DNA of 64,000 bases from an uncultured Planctomycetales bacterium (lineage in GTDB: Bacteria > Omnitrophota > Gorgyraeia > Zapsychrales > Fredricksoniimonadaceae): the NCBI GenBank assembly GCA_964572155.1, contig CAZNDZ010000002.1, positions 83,089 to 147,088 of the forward strand. The letters run 5' to 3'. The notes beneath the pieces were generated by a model. It had not been told where the DNA came from. It ran no database searches and worked only from the letters and a program-made list of their open reading frames with translations. A program made the position numbers and the translations under genes. Below, piece by piece: positions 9,290 to 17,989 of the stretch. The stretch's first letter is position 1. The number at the start of each line of letters is the position of its first letter.

Positions 9290-10920
9290 TTTAGCCCTTC
9301 ATCGTAGCTAGTCTGCCACGGTTCATTTAATTCAACATTAACAATACGCTGATCCTGAATGTAAACCGCCTTAAACACAATCCGCATAAAGGTTTTAATT
9401 AAAAAACTTGTTCCTCCGAAGCCATCATCCGCTATTTCATGGTTTGGCGAAGGAGAATCAGCTTGCTCATTATCCTGAAATTTTCGTAAATGTAAAAGAA
9501 AATCCTCGGTGGCTCGGTTTAAATTAATGGCGTTTCTTTTGTCTAAAATCCTAAGCTGAACACCTTTAATATCCTGCCTTAACTTCTTCTCCTCATTACG
9601 CAAAAGCTCGGCGCGGTCTTTGTAAATCTCCAGATTAATGCTGTCCTGCGTAAAAACTTCAAACAAACCTTTTTGCTTCTCAAGGTTTTTATTAAGAGCC
9701 TTTGTCAATACTTCCAGCTCATCTAAGAACACCTGCTCCGGCTGGGAGGCATTAAGCTTAACCATGTCGCCTAATTCTTCAAGGACATGCAAGTTTTGGC
9801 ATACCACATCAATAATATCCCAGACCTGTACGCTTATCACATCCGCTGACACGCTTGGATTATGGCACGTTAAATACGAAACCCCTTTGGATGAACAGCG
9901 ATACCACGGGCGCTTGACCTTGGTGCGGTGATTGGTAATCGACATGATGCCACGAAAATTACCACCACACTCCTTGCATTTTAGCACACCGGACAAGTGG
10001 TAATTATTGTTCTTAAATTTCACCACCGCATTCTTGCGATTGCGTTTAAGCAAGACCGCGGCTTCATCGAATTGTTTCTGGCTGATGATAGGCTCATGGA
10101 CATTGGGCACTTCAACAATTTTAGAAGTATCATTGGCGATATATTTATAGCCATTACCTTGACCATCTTTTGTTTTTGCTCTTGGATCATAACGATGGCG
10201 GTTCCAAACCAACATCCCTAAATACACCTTGCTCTTTAGAATGGTGCCAATAAATTTCGTGTAGAATCGCCCGCCCTGACGGGATGATGTTCCTAGACGA
10301 TAAAAATGACCGGCAATTTGCGAGGTGCTTTGGCCGTTGATATAACGCTCAAAAATTTCTCTAACAATCTTGGCTTCCTCCTCATAAACCTCCAGCTTCT
10401 TAATGTCTTTATTGTAGCGATAGCCATATGGTGCATAACGCGCCCCCTGCCAATGGCCTTTCTTAACACCCACCAGCATCCCGGGAAAGACACGCTCAAC
10501 CAAACGATTGCGTTCAAACTCCGCGCAAGAGCCCAGCATTTGAATGGCCATCTTGCCAGCACTGGATGTTGTATCAAAAGGTTCAGTCGCTGATTTATAA
10601 CCAACCCCTAAATTATCCAATTCCTCAAGCAAACCCAGAAGGTCTTTGAGCCGACGGCTTAAACGATCTTGTTTATACACCATCACCAAATCAAACTGTT
10701 TATTGCGAGCATCGAACAACAACCTCTGCAAAGCAGGCCTGTCCATATTCCCTCCAGAAAAGCCGTCATCCATGTAAATATCCTTACCCGGCAAGGTGCA
10801 AACAATTGTCCAGCCAAGATTCTGGGCATATTGCACCAAAAACGTGCGTTGCACCTCGAGTGAAAAACCTTCGCGGGCTTGGTCTTCTGTACTGACTCTG
10901 GTATATAAAGCGACTCTCAT
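9169..10920 (-). mobile_element. Large serine recombinase (resolvase/invertase N-domain + recombinase domain + Zn-ribbon/coiled-coil); island integrase
   Basis: MRVALYTRVSTEDQ catalytic Ser motif (start chosen at the internal Met). Recombinase domain and CxxC...C zinc ribbon (CKECGGNF...C) are present. The C-terminal ~90-aa tail may be non-coding read-through into miaB. Confidence 0.85.
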
Positions 10921-10955
10921 GTTCATTTGGCGGGAGTATACCTTGCATTCCCGCA

Positions 10956-11201
10956 TTATTCAAAGCCTTCTTGAGCTTTCTTGGCTAAAAACATTCTAGT
11001 TAATATTTCAATACCATCATCAAACGACTTTCGCGCCTGAGCGATTTCCCCCTGAGACAAACCTTTAGCCTTGAGCTTTATTTCTAAAGCATCCCAGCCA
11101 CGGGGTTTTGATATTGCGTCATTATTTATAATTGAGTCACTATTCATAACAATAAGAAGGTGTGCGGAGGAAGACACAAGGAGGGATCTTCTGTTATGCA
11201 C
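10956..11201 (-). CDS. Small hypothetical protein, possible HTH/excisionase-like regulator
   Basis: Sits immediately upstream of and abutting the recombinase gene. The segment GLSQGEIAQARKSF resembles an HTH turn. Function not supported further. Confidence 0.35.
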   Translation of the reverse strand: MHNRRSLLVSSSAHLLIVMNSDSIINNDAISKPRGWDALEIKLKAKGLSQGEIAQARKSFDDGIEILTRMFLAKKAQEGFE

Positions 11202-11266
11202 CTTTTACCATAACAAAGCCTCAAGATAGGATGGAGACTATCTCAAAGCTCCTCCGCATATCTTGA

Positions 11267-11941
11267 TTAAACCGATTCTTGAAGAACAACGCCCATCTTG
11301 GCACGTTGCCTTTCAAGAAGCCGACTAACTTCATCATCGATCTTTAAACTATTCGTCCAACCGGAATAATTCTGAGCCTGCTGGTATTTGGAATAGTACG
11401 TTGGCTCTTTGACAGATGATTTTATTTTTTCTACTTCTTCCTTCATAATCTGATCAGTTCGGGAATCATCATCGAAAACGCTACTATCTTTTAATCGACT
11501 AATAACACCTGATCCCCACAATTGTTCAGCAATAACTAATACCTTTGCTTTTGCTCGAGCCAATTCTTCCATGAGCCGATCACGCTCTGGTTCTATGGCT
11601 TTCATTTTCTGCCCCGCAACTGTGTTGCCATTTTCAATAATGGCTTCATACGTTTTGCGCAATTTTTCCCCTAAATTGCCAATGCTCTCGGTAACCGCCT
11701 CAAGATCAAGACTTGCGTTTTCAAGCTTGCGGTCTACCTCATTGATTTGATCTTCCGAAACGACCTCCCCGCACAGCTTTTTCTGACGCAATTCCTTTGC
11801 CTGCTGACGTAAGGTATTCAATTGCTTCTCGTACTCCATTTGCTTAAGCTCCAGCCCCACGATTTGCTCGGCGATTTCTTCCGGTGTGTTGTTTTGATTG
11901 TTTAAAACCTTTAAAAAGTTAAGCTTCATATAGCCCTCCAT
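11267..11941 (-). CDS. Coiled-coil hypothetical protein (224 aa)
   Basis: Intact ORF with heptad-rich E/K/Q sequence. No recognisable domain. Confidence 0.5.
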   Translation of the reverse strand: MEGYMKLNFLKVLNNQNNTPEEIAEQIVGLELKQMEYEKQLNTLRQQAKELRQKKLCGEVVSEDQINEVDRKLENASLDLEAVTESIGNLGEKLRKTYEAIIENGNTVAGQKMKAIEPERDRLMEELARAKAKVLVIAEQLWGSGVISRLKDSSVFDDDSRTDQIMKEEVEKIKSSVKEPTYYSKYQQAQNYSGWTNSLKIDDEVSRLLERQRAKMGVVLQESV

Positions 11942-12223
11942 TTTTTGAGCAAGTTTTAAAAATTATGTCACTAAAAACATCAATTTGACCCTCTATAACC
12001 TCCCCAACTGACAGCCCGAATACTCCTATTTATCGACGATAGACCTCCTTTCTTAACCCTTATGCCAAATTCCCACCAAAACTTAAATTGAGTGACATTG
12101 ACATCGATTTTTTGAACCTGTATCACTGACAACCTGCGCCTCGCCCGACCCGCATCCGGCACCCCACCCGGAAGGACCCAAAACCTCCACAAAGCGCAAC
12201 TCAACTACATTTCTTAAACCGTC

Positions 12224-12322
12224 ACACTTCAATAGCTAAAGCGTCCAGCGCCTTTCTTGATCCTCGACACTTCAAATCTTGAAGCGTCCACACAGGACAA
12301 ACTTTAAACCGACGCTTCAAAT
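12224..12322. repeat. Iteron-like direct repeats: two units ACACTTCAA-N6-AAGCGTCCA (12224-12247 and 12267-12290) plus a hybrid third copy GACGCTTCAAAT (12311-12322)
   Basis: Read directly from the sequence. Half-sites occur in both orientations, and CTTCAA-atc-TTGAAG is itself palindromic. The repeats lie in a 410-bp non-coding gap beside the HTH_36 gene. Confidence 0.45.
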
Positions 12323-12351
12323 ACTGAACTCTTATATAGCTTCTACCATGC

Positions 12352-12690
12352 CTATACATAACGAATGGTGTCATGCTTACCCGTTAACTTATAAAGGCAG
12401 TAATACCGATACAACCCGCCATGCTTTGTCTTTTCAACCCATTCCTTACTGATCAATCCTTTAAGAGACTTTGAAAGTGTGGCGGGCGAAAAAATTTTTT
12501 TAAGTTCGGCATACTTCAATGAGATCTGGCCATTGTTACGACCATTGAAATTCTTCTTAATGTAAATGTAGGTGAGCATCTCGGCATGTGACAGCCTTTG
12601 CCATTGCTCGCTTTCCATCATGGAACGCTCAAGCATTACAAAGGGCGGATAACGATGTTTTTTATTCCTGCTAGACATGCCTTTCTCCAC
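12352..12690 (-). CDS. Winged-helix DNA-binding protein, HTH_36-like (phage replication-organiser N-terminal type)
   Basis: Pattern LSHAEMLTYIYIKKNFNGRNNGQISLKYAELKKIFSPATLSKSLKGLISKEWVEKTKHGGLYRYY matches the HTH_36 architecture (helix, NG-rich turn, SxxTLAxxxG, LIxR....G..Y.Y). Confidence 0.5.
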   Translation of the reverse strand: MEKGMSSRNKKHRYPPFVMLERSMMESEQWQRLSHAEMLTYIYIKKNFNGRNNGQISLKYAELKKIFSPATLSKSLKGLISKEWVEKTKHGGLYRYYCLYKLTGKHDTIRYV

Positions 12691-12701
12691 ATTTTAAAGA
12701 C

Positions 12702-12989
12702 CTACGAAACCTTGCCCGCCAACTCTAAATACCTGGCAACCACAGCCCGTTTAATAGATTCCCCCGCATCCCTGCTGATTGGATGAACACAGCTAATCCT
12801 TTTACCATTAGGAAGCACTTTGTCCGGGTAAACCAAACGGAAACCATCCTCCGTTGTAAAAGAAGAATAAACAGCGATGTTGCCTATATAGATTTGATTG
12901 TTGATGACAAAAGAAGCGAAAGCAACAAGCCCATTTTGCGGCTTAACTGGCAGGATATTGATTTCATTAATGTCGAGCGTATTCATCAC
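12702..12989 (-). CDS. SpoVG-like nucleic-acid-binding protein
   Basis: 95 aa, alignable by eye to B. subtilis SpoVG. Shared blocks are I/V-x-V-x-x-x-G-x-x-A-x-AS-x-x-x-x-x-x-x-x-I-x-x-I-x-V, then G-F-x-x-x-P, then HPI-x(4)-R-x-x-I-x-x-AV-x-x-Y-x-x-L. Confidence 0.6.
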   Translation of the reverse strand: MMNTLDINEINILPVKPQNGLVAFASFVINNQIYIGNIAVYSSFTTEDGFRLVYPDKVLPNGKRISCVHPISRDAGESIKRAVVARYLELAGKVS

Positions 12990-13079
12990 TTCGTCCCCTG
13001 AAAATAAAAAATCCCATAACTTTTGGTTACAGGATCAATATAAAACATCAGGTGATGAAGTCACGTACAAATAGACCAC

Positions 13080-13772
13080 CTAGGCTATTTGTTTGAAGCC
13101 ACCCTCGATTAATTCAATGCTGTTTTCTAAATCCCTTTTGGCACGTCTACGCGCATAATGCATGCCATGTGATGAAATATAATGTTTATAAAATTTCTTT
13201 GCCAAATCATCCAAACCCACACCTTCTACGTACTGATCATACACATTCAAATAATGCTTAAACTGCCGGGGAAGCACTCTCGGCGTTACCTTTTGCTTTG
13301 GAAATGTCTTTTCAATTTCCTTCAACCTTTTCTGCCATCGATCCACCATTAAACTGAACTCATCACAAATCTTTTGCTTGGCCAAGCTCATGTTGACCCT
13401 GATCTCAAGAAACCTGCCATTGGTAAAAACATCCCTGTCATTAAGCAAATCCGGATTATCAAAGCAATCAATGGCATTCGCCTCAACCAATAGAGCATCA
13501 ATATAAAGAGTTTTTGTTTTTCGGTCACTCTCAATAAGCTCTTCAAATGACATCGATGGCGGGATAGGGTTTAATAAACCCCATTTGGATAAAATCTTTA
13601 AGGCTTTGTCTTTTTGTGATTCAGGATGAGAATTCTTAATAAGATCAACGATGCGGAGTTTTCGTACGATAAAAATATAATCGTCCATATATTGGACATT
13701 TCGCCTGAGAAATTCCCAGCGATACTTTAAGCAATTTTTCTCACGCTTTGTCAGTAAACCAACTCGCAACAC
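13080..13772 (-). CDS. Hypothetical protein (230 aa)
   Basis: Intact ORF. The N-terminal LTKREKNCLKYRWEFL may be an HTH-like segment. No assignable domain. Confidence 0.45.
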   Translation of the reverse strand: MLRVGLLTKREKNCLKYRWEFLRRNVQYMDDYIFIVRKLRIVDLIKNSHPESQKDKALKILSKWGLLNPIPPSMSFEELIESDRKTKTLYIDALLVEANAIDCFDNPDLLNDRDVFTNGRFLEIRVNMSLAKQKICDEFSLMVDRWQKRLKEIEKTFPKQKVTPRVLPRQFKHYLNVYDQYVEGVGLDDLAKKFYKHYISSHGMHYARRRAKRDLENSIELIEGGFKQIA

Positions 13773-13825
13773 ACCACAATTTCTCCCACATTATCAACAA
13801 TGAATGAAACAACTATAATTGTAAG

Positions 13826-16800
13826 CTATAGAATACTCACAAATTCAGCTACAACACGAAAATCATCACCAGAAACGTTTTCGATCACAATATCTTTAAA
13901 ATCTTTATTATCCGGCGATAGAATGATCCGCTTGTGCCTCCACTGATCATCACCTAAATCTTCCTTCTCGCTGTGATAACGTTTAATGGTATAACTCTTC
14001 TGAGTTTCGGGGTCTTTAACTAATCGAGATTCCACAAGAAAAATACCAATACGTGAACCTCCGCGATCAAAACGGAACAAGCACCAGCTGCCGTCTTTAA
14101 TGGTAGGTTCCATTGATTTTCCAAATACCTGCGCGATGAACATATGCTCACCAATCTTACGCCCATGCATCGGCTTCCACCCGATAATTTCTTGCGTTAA
14201 CTGTTCTCCAAAGTCTGTCGCTACTGCCTGCAAGTCATAAACGGGAAGATACCCCTGTTCAATTGTCGCATCGGGAATCACATCCTTAAAAAACAACGGC
14301 TTATCATCCTCAACCTTTTGAAGGCGTCCATAAACACGCTTTAATAAATAATCTTTTACAACCGCACTAAAGGCTTTATCACCTGTGATCTTATTGAAAA
14401 TATCTTGATTCTGATCCATCCGCTCAACTAACTTATCCATAAACACATCATCAAATCCGTATTTGAAATTATCAATAGAATTGCTCTGGGCTTGCATGCC
14501 AAGGCGCTCATCTAAGACCATTTCCTCCTCAATTTGATCAAAGAAAAGCTTATCTGCTTCCGTAAAATCTGTTCCGAATCGATCATTAAGAAGATTAATT
14601 ATTTCAGATAATTTTGCGTATTCGTCCTTATCCTTCTTCGTGCCCGCCTCAGACAATGGCTTGATTGCCGCTCCTGAATCCTTTTCTAAAGCAATCTTGC
14701 CCTCTGCAACTTTCTGCAAACGGTAATACTGAATAGCAACCTCATCACCCAAATTGTATCTTGGCCCACGATTTGGCCCCGGTAATTTCTTTAAAAGCAA
14801 ACGGCCATAGGCATAAAACTTTTCTAAATCAACATCTTGAAACGGCATAATTTGCGCTAAGAATGCATAAAGCCTGACAAAAACTCCAAGCGTATTAATA
14901 AAATCGTCTTTGTGTTCATCCTTATCAATTGTTTCAAAACGTGTCACTGCCACATCAATTAACGCATTTAACTGGGCATGTTCCTGTTTATTGTGCTGTT
15001 CTTTATTCTTAAAGAATACGGTACAAAATGCATCCACATCTGATGGATAAATGATTTTAAATGAATCAATCTTAGTCTTTAAATCGTAGAGCTTATTGGG
15101 ATCTGTTGTCTCTGTTAATTGCGTTTGTTCATAATATGGTTGGAATGCCGCTAAAATATCCTCCCGGCTATTTACAAAATCTAACACGAAGGTATCTTCC
15201 TTACCCGGACAAGTACGATTCAAACGGCTTAATGTTTGTACAGCCTTAACACCATCAATACGTTTATCTACATACATCGTATGCAACAACGGCTCGTCAT
15301 ATCCTGTCTGATACTTCTCAGCTACTAAAAGAATTTGATACTCTGAAGAAGAAAACTTCTCCGGCAATTCTTTCTCACCAAAACCATTCATCTTGGGCTC
15401 TGTGTATTCAGGCGGTACACCATCCAATAAAACAGTTCCAGAGAAAGCCACCAAAGCCTTGATATCCCGATAACCTTTTTCTTTTAAATAACGATCAAAC
15501 TCTTGCTTATAGCGAACCACGTGCTCACGGGAAGCTGTGACAACCATGGCCTTGGCTTTACCGCCAATCAACTTCATGGTTACCTGCCTAAAGTGCTCGA
15601 TGATAACCTCTGTTTTCTGGGCTAATACATACGGATGCATTGTTGCAAATCTAGCAATAGCGGCCGCGGCTTTCTGCTTATTTAGCTGAGGATCATCTTC
15701 GATCTTTTTGTTTAACTGGTAAAAAGACTGGTAGGTGGTGTAGTTGTCTAATACGTCCAAGATAAAACCCTCTTCAATGGCTTGTCGCATAGAATACAAA
15801 TGAAATGGCACCGGCTTCCCATCCGTACCCTTTTGACCAAAAGTCTCAAGTGTCTTAGCCTTAGGTGTTGCCGTAAAAGCAAAGAAGCTTAAATTCGGCT
15901 GAGGCCCTCTGGCACGCATGACCTCACGCAAACCATCTTCAATATCATCTTCATCGCTGATCAATAAAACCCTTTTCAAATCAGCGGCAGATTCTCCCCC
16001 TTGCGAACTATGTGCTTCATCGACAATAACCGCATAATTACGCTTAGCTAACTTCCCAACTTTCTCAATAACAAAGGGAAACTTCTGTAATGTGGTGATA
16101 ATAATATTTGTGCCGTTGGTCAACGCATTGGCCAACTGCTCAGAATTCTGGTCAATCTTTTCAACCACCCCGCTTCTATGCTCAAACTGATAAATAGTCT
16201 CTTGCAATTGCTGATCAAGCACTAGCCTGTCCGTCACCACAATCACCGTATCGAATATGCGCTTATCCTCTTGATCATGGATCCCCGCCAAACGGTAAGC
16301 AAGCCATGCAATTGAATTACTCTTGCCGCTTCCAGCGCTGTGTTGAATTAAATAATTTCTTCCGGCACCATTAGCCTTGGCATCAACAGCTAATTTCCTC
16401 ACCACATCAAGCTGATGATAACGAGGAAAGATCATGGTCTCTTTACGGACAGTACGATTATCCATGCGGATTTCTTTTGTTTCTAAATGCATGAACCGAC
16501 CCAAGATATCCATCAGACTGTCTTTAATTAAAACCTCTTCCCAAAGATACGCTGTCTTATGCCCACTTGACGGAGGATTTCCTTTGCCCTTGTTATGCCC
16601 TTTATTAAACGGTAAATAATACGTTCGGTTTCCTTGAATACGGGTAGTCATATAAACCTCATCCGTATCAACAGCAAAATGAACCAAAGCACGCTTTTTA
16701 AATTGGAATAACAAATCCCTCTCATCACGGTCATATTTATACTGTCGTTTGGCATTTTCCACATTCTGCCCCGTGAATTGATTCTTAAGCTCTAATGTCA

Positions 16801-17248
16801 CCACCGGCAGACCATTAACCAAAAGGACAATATCAACTGAACGCTCATCTTTTTCACAAAAGTGAACCTGACGGGTAACATTAAGAATATTTTGGTCGTA
16901 TAATTTCTGAGTTGTAGGATTAAGCCCGCTGACAGGCTTAAAGTAGGCAAGGGAGAACTTCTTGCCGTAGTCAGTAATTCCATAACGAAGACAGTCCAGC
17001 ATACCGCGCGTTTCCAACTCCTGATTCAGCCGATAAAGAAACTTCTTCTCTACCTCCGCACCATGAATACCAGCCAAAGCATCCCAAGCATCTTTTTGTG
17101 TCGTTTTAATAAATTTGAATAGCTCCTCTTTATCAATGCACATAAGACGATCGAAATTAGCTGAATCTCCTTTTATGTAACCACCACGGTCGATCAGACT
17201 TTGCTCGATTGCTTCTTCAAATGCTTTTTCATTTGTTATTGATGACAT
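13826..17248 (-). CDS. hsdR: Type I restriction enzyme R subunit HsdR with C-terminal LexA/UmuD-like S24 peptidase domain
   Basis: Motifs: N-terminal nuclease region NGLPVVTLELKN, SF2 helicase motif I GSGKS, DEAH box VIVDEAHSSQG and motif VI QTLSRLNR. The C-terminal ~150 aa carry the S24 signature YLPVYDLQAVATDFGE...GKSMEPTIKDGSWCLF...YTIKRY (Ser/Lys dyad positions conserved). Confidence 0.85.
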   Translation of the reverse strand: MSSITNEKAFEEAIEQSLIDRGGYIKGDSANFDRLMCIDKEELFKFIKTTQKDAWDALAGIHGAEVEKKFLYRLNQELETRGMLDCLRYGITDYGKKFSLAYFKPVSGLNPTTQKLYDQNILNVTRQVHFCEKDERSVDIVLLVNGLPVVTLELKNQFTGQNVENAKRQYKYDRDERDLLFQFKKRALVHFAVDTDEVYMTTRIQGNRTYYLPFNKGHNKGKGNPPSSGHKTAYLWEEVLIKDSLMDILGRFMHLETKEIRMDNRTVRKETMIFPRYHQLDVVRKLAVDAKANGAGRNYLIQHSAGSGKSNSIAWLAYRLAGIHDQEDKRIFDTVIVVTDRLVLDQQLQETIYQFEHRSGVVEKIDQNSEQLANALTNGTNIIITTLQKFPFVIEKVGKLAKRNYAVIVDEAHSSQGGESAADLKRVLLISDEDDIEDGLREVMRARGPQPNLSFFAFTATPKAKTLETFGQKGTDGKPVPFHLYSMRQAIEEGFILDVLDNYTTYQSFYQLNKKIEDDPQLNKQKAAAAIARFATMHPYVLAQKTEVIIEHFRQVTMKLIGGKAKAMVVTASREHVVRYKQEFDRYLKEKGYRDIKALVAFSGTVLLDGVPPEYTEPKMNGFGEKELPEKFSSSEYQILLVAEKYQTGYDEPLLHTMYVDKRIDGVKAVQTLSRLNRTCPGKEDTFVLDFVNSREDILAAFQPYYEQTQLTETTDPNKLYDLKTKIDSFKIIYPSDVDAFCTVFFKNKEQHNKQEHAQLNALIDVAVTRFETIDKDEHKDDFINTLGVFVRLYAFLAQIMPFQDVDLEKFYAYGRLLLKKLPGPNRGPRYNLGDEVAIQYYRLQKVAEGKIALEKDSGAAIKPLSEAGTKKDKDEYAKLSEIINLLNDRFGTDFTEADKLFFDQIEEEMVLDERLGMQAQSNSIDNFKYGFDDVFMDKLVERMDQNQDIFNKITGDKAFSAVVKDYLLKRVYGRLQKVEDDKPLFFKDVIPDATIEQGYLPVYDLQAVATDFGEQLTQEIIGWKPMHGRKIGEHMFIAQVFGKSMEPTIKDGSWCLFRFDRGGSRIGIFLVESRLVKDPETQKSYTIKRYHSEKEDLGDDQWRHKRIILSPDNKDFKDIVIENVSGDDFRVVAEFVSIL

Positions 17249-17257
17249 ATATACCTA

Positions 17258-17989
17258 TCACTGAGATGCGTTCATAATTTCGTTTGAACTTAAATCAAAT
17301 CCTTCTTCTTGCAATCTTTTACAAAGCTTAGGAATTATCTCTCGAATATGAGTGTTATATCCATATCTAATGATGCCTTCCAAATCAGATGGCAACTCTA
17401 AGTGCCCCTTGACTATAATTGCCATGCGATTTCTTGTCAAAGAAGACAACAACATTCCTGTCTCAAGAATTACATTCTGTCGGGTTCGTGGTTCAGCTTT
17501 ATCAGCGCCGTCCTTAAGCGCATATCCTACGTCATCAGGCGTCATTAAAACAATTCCAAAATCTGATGAATAATCCTTCCCAATTCTACCTTCTAAAGCT
17601 TCAATAATAGTTTTACCTCCGCCACTACTATTCATCAAAATAAACGGTTCCAAATTTAACCGATGCAACGCAAGTTCCAACTGATCTCTTGCTTCAACAT
17701 CATGACCATGCACAATAAAAATCTGTTTCTTAGAAGAGCCGCCTTGTGACGTTCCATTCCCAGCAAACAAATCATGCATCCTCTTTTTTGCATCATCATT
17801 TCCTTGAAACTGTATCGTCTTGTTTGATGACCACCAATGAAGGATCCCTCCATCTTTGGCGCGGAATGAATACTTATCTCCTGATTGAGTCCAGGATCCT
17901 TCAATAGTCATAAAGATTGACTTTAATTGATCAATACTACCGTTATATTTATCAGCCATTAACAATCTCCTTTTCAAAACGAACATCAA
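17258..17989 (-). CDS. TIR-like domain protein (Cap12/PycTIR-type, COG4271-like) with ~80-aa N-terminal domain of unknown function
   Basis: KQIFIVHGHDVEARDQLELALHRLNLEPFIL...GKTIIEALEG...DFGIVLMTPDDVG...RTRQNVILETGML...RMAIIVKG...ELPSDLEGIIRYGY matches the conserved blocks of the CBASS/Pycsar-effector TIR-like family. It lies between hsdS and hsdR and overlaps the hsdS stop. Confidence 0.65.
   Translation of the reverse strand: MMFVLKRRLLMADKYNGSIDQLKSIFMTIEGSWTQSGDKYSFRAKDGGILHWWSSNKTIQFQGNDDAKKRMHDLFAGNGTSQGGSSKKQIFIVHGHDVEARDQLELALHRLNLEPFILMNSSGGGKTIIEALEGRIGKDYSSDFGIVLMTPDDVGYALKDGADKAEPRTRQNVILETGMLLSSLTRNRMAIIVKGHLELPSDLEGIIRYGYNTHIREIIPKLCKRLQEEGFDLSSNEIMNASQ

Noticed and set aside
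12120-12190. GC-rich patch as a tRNA or tRNA fragment, a common integration target
   Set aside because: No acceptor/T-arm complementarity or GTTC-type T-loop could be folded by eye. It is kept only as a compositional anomaly.
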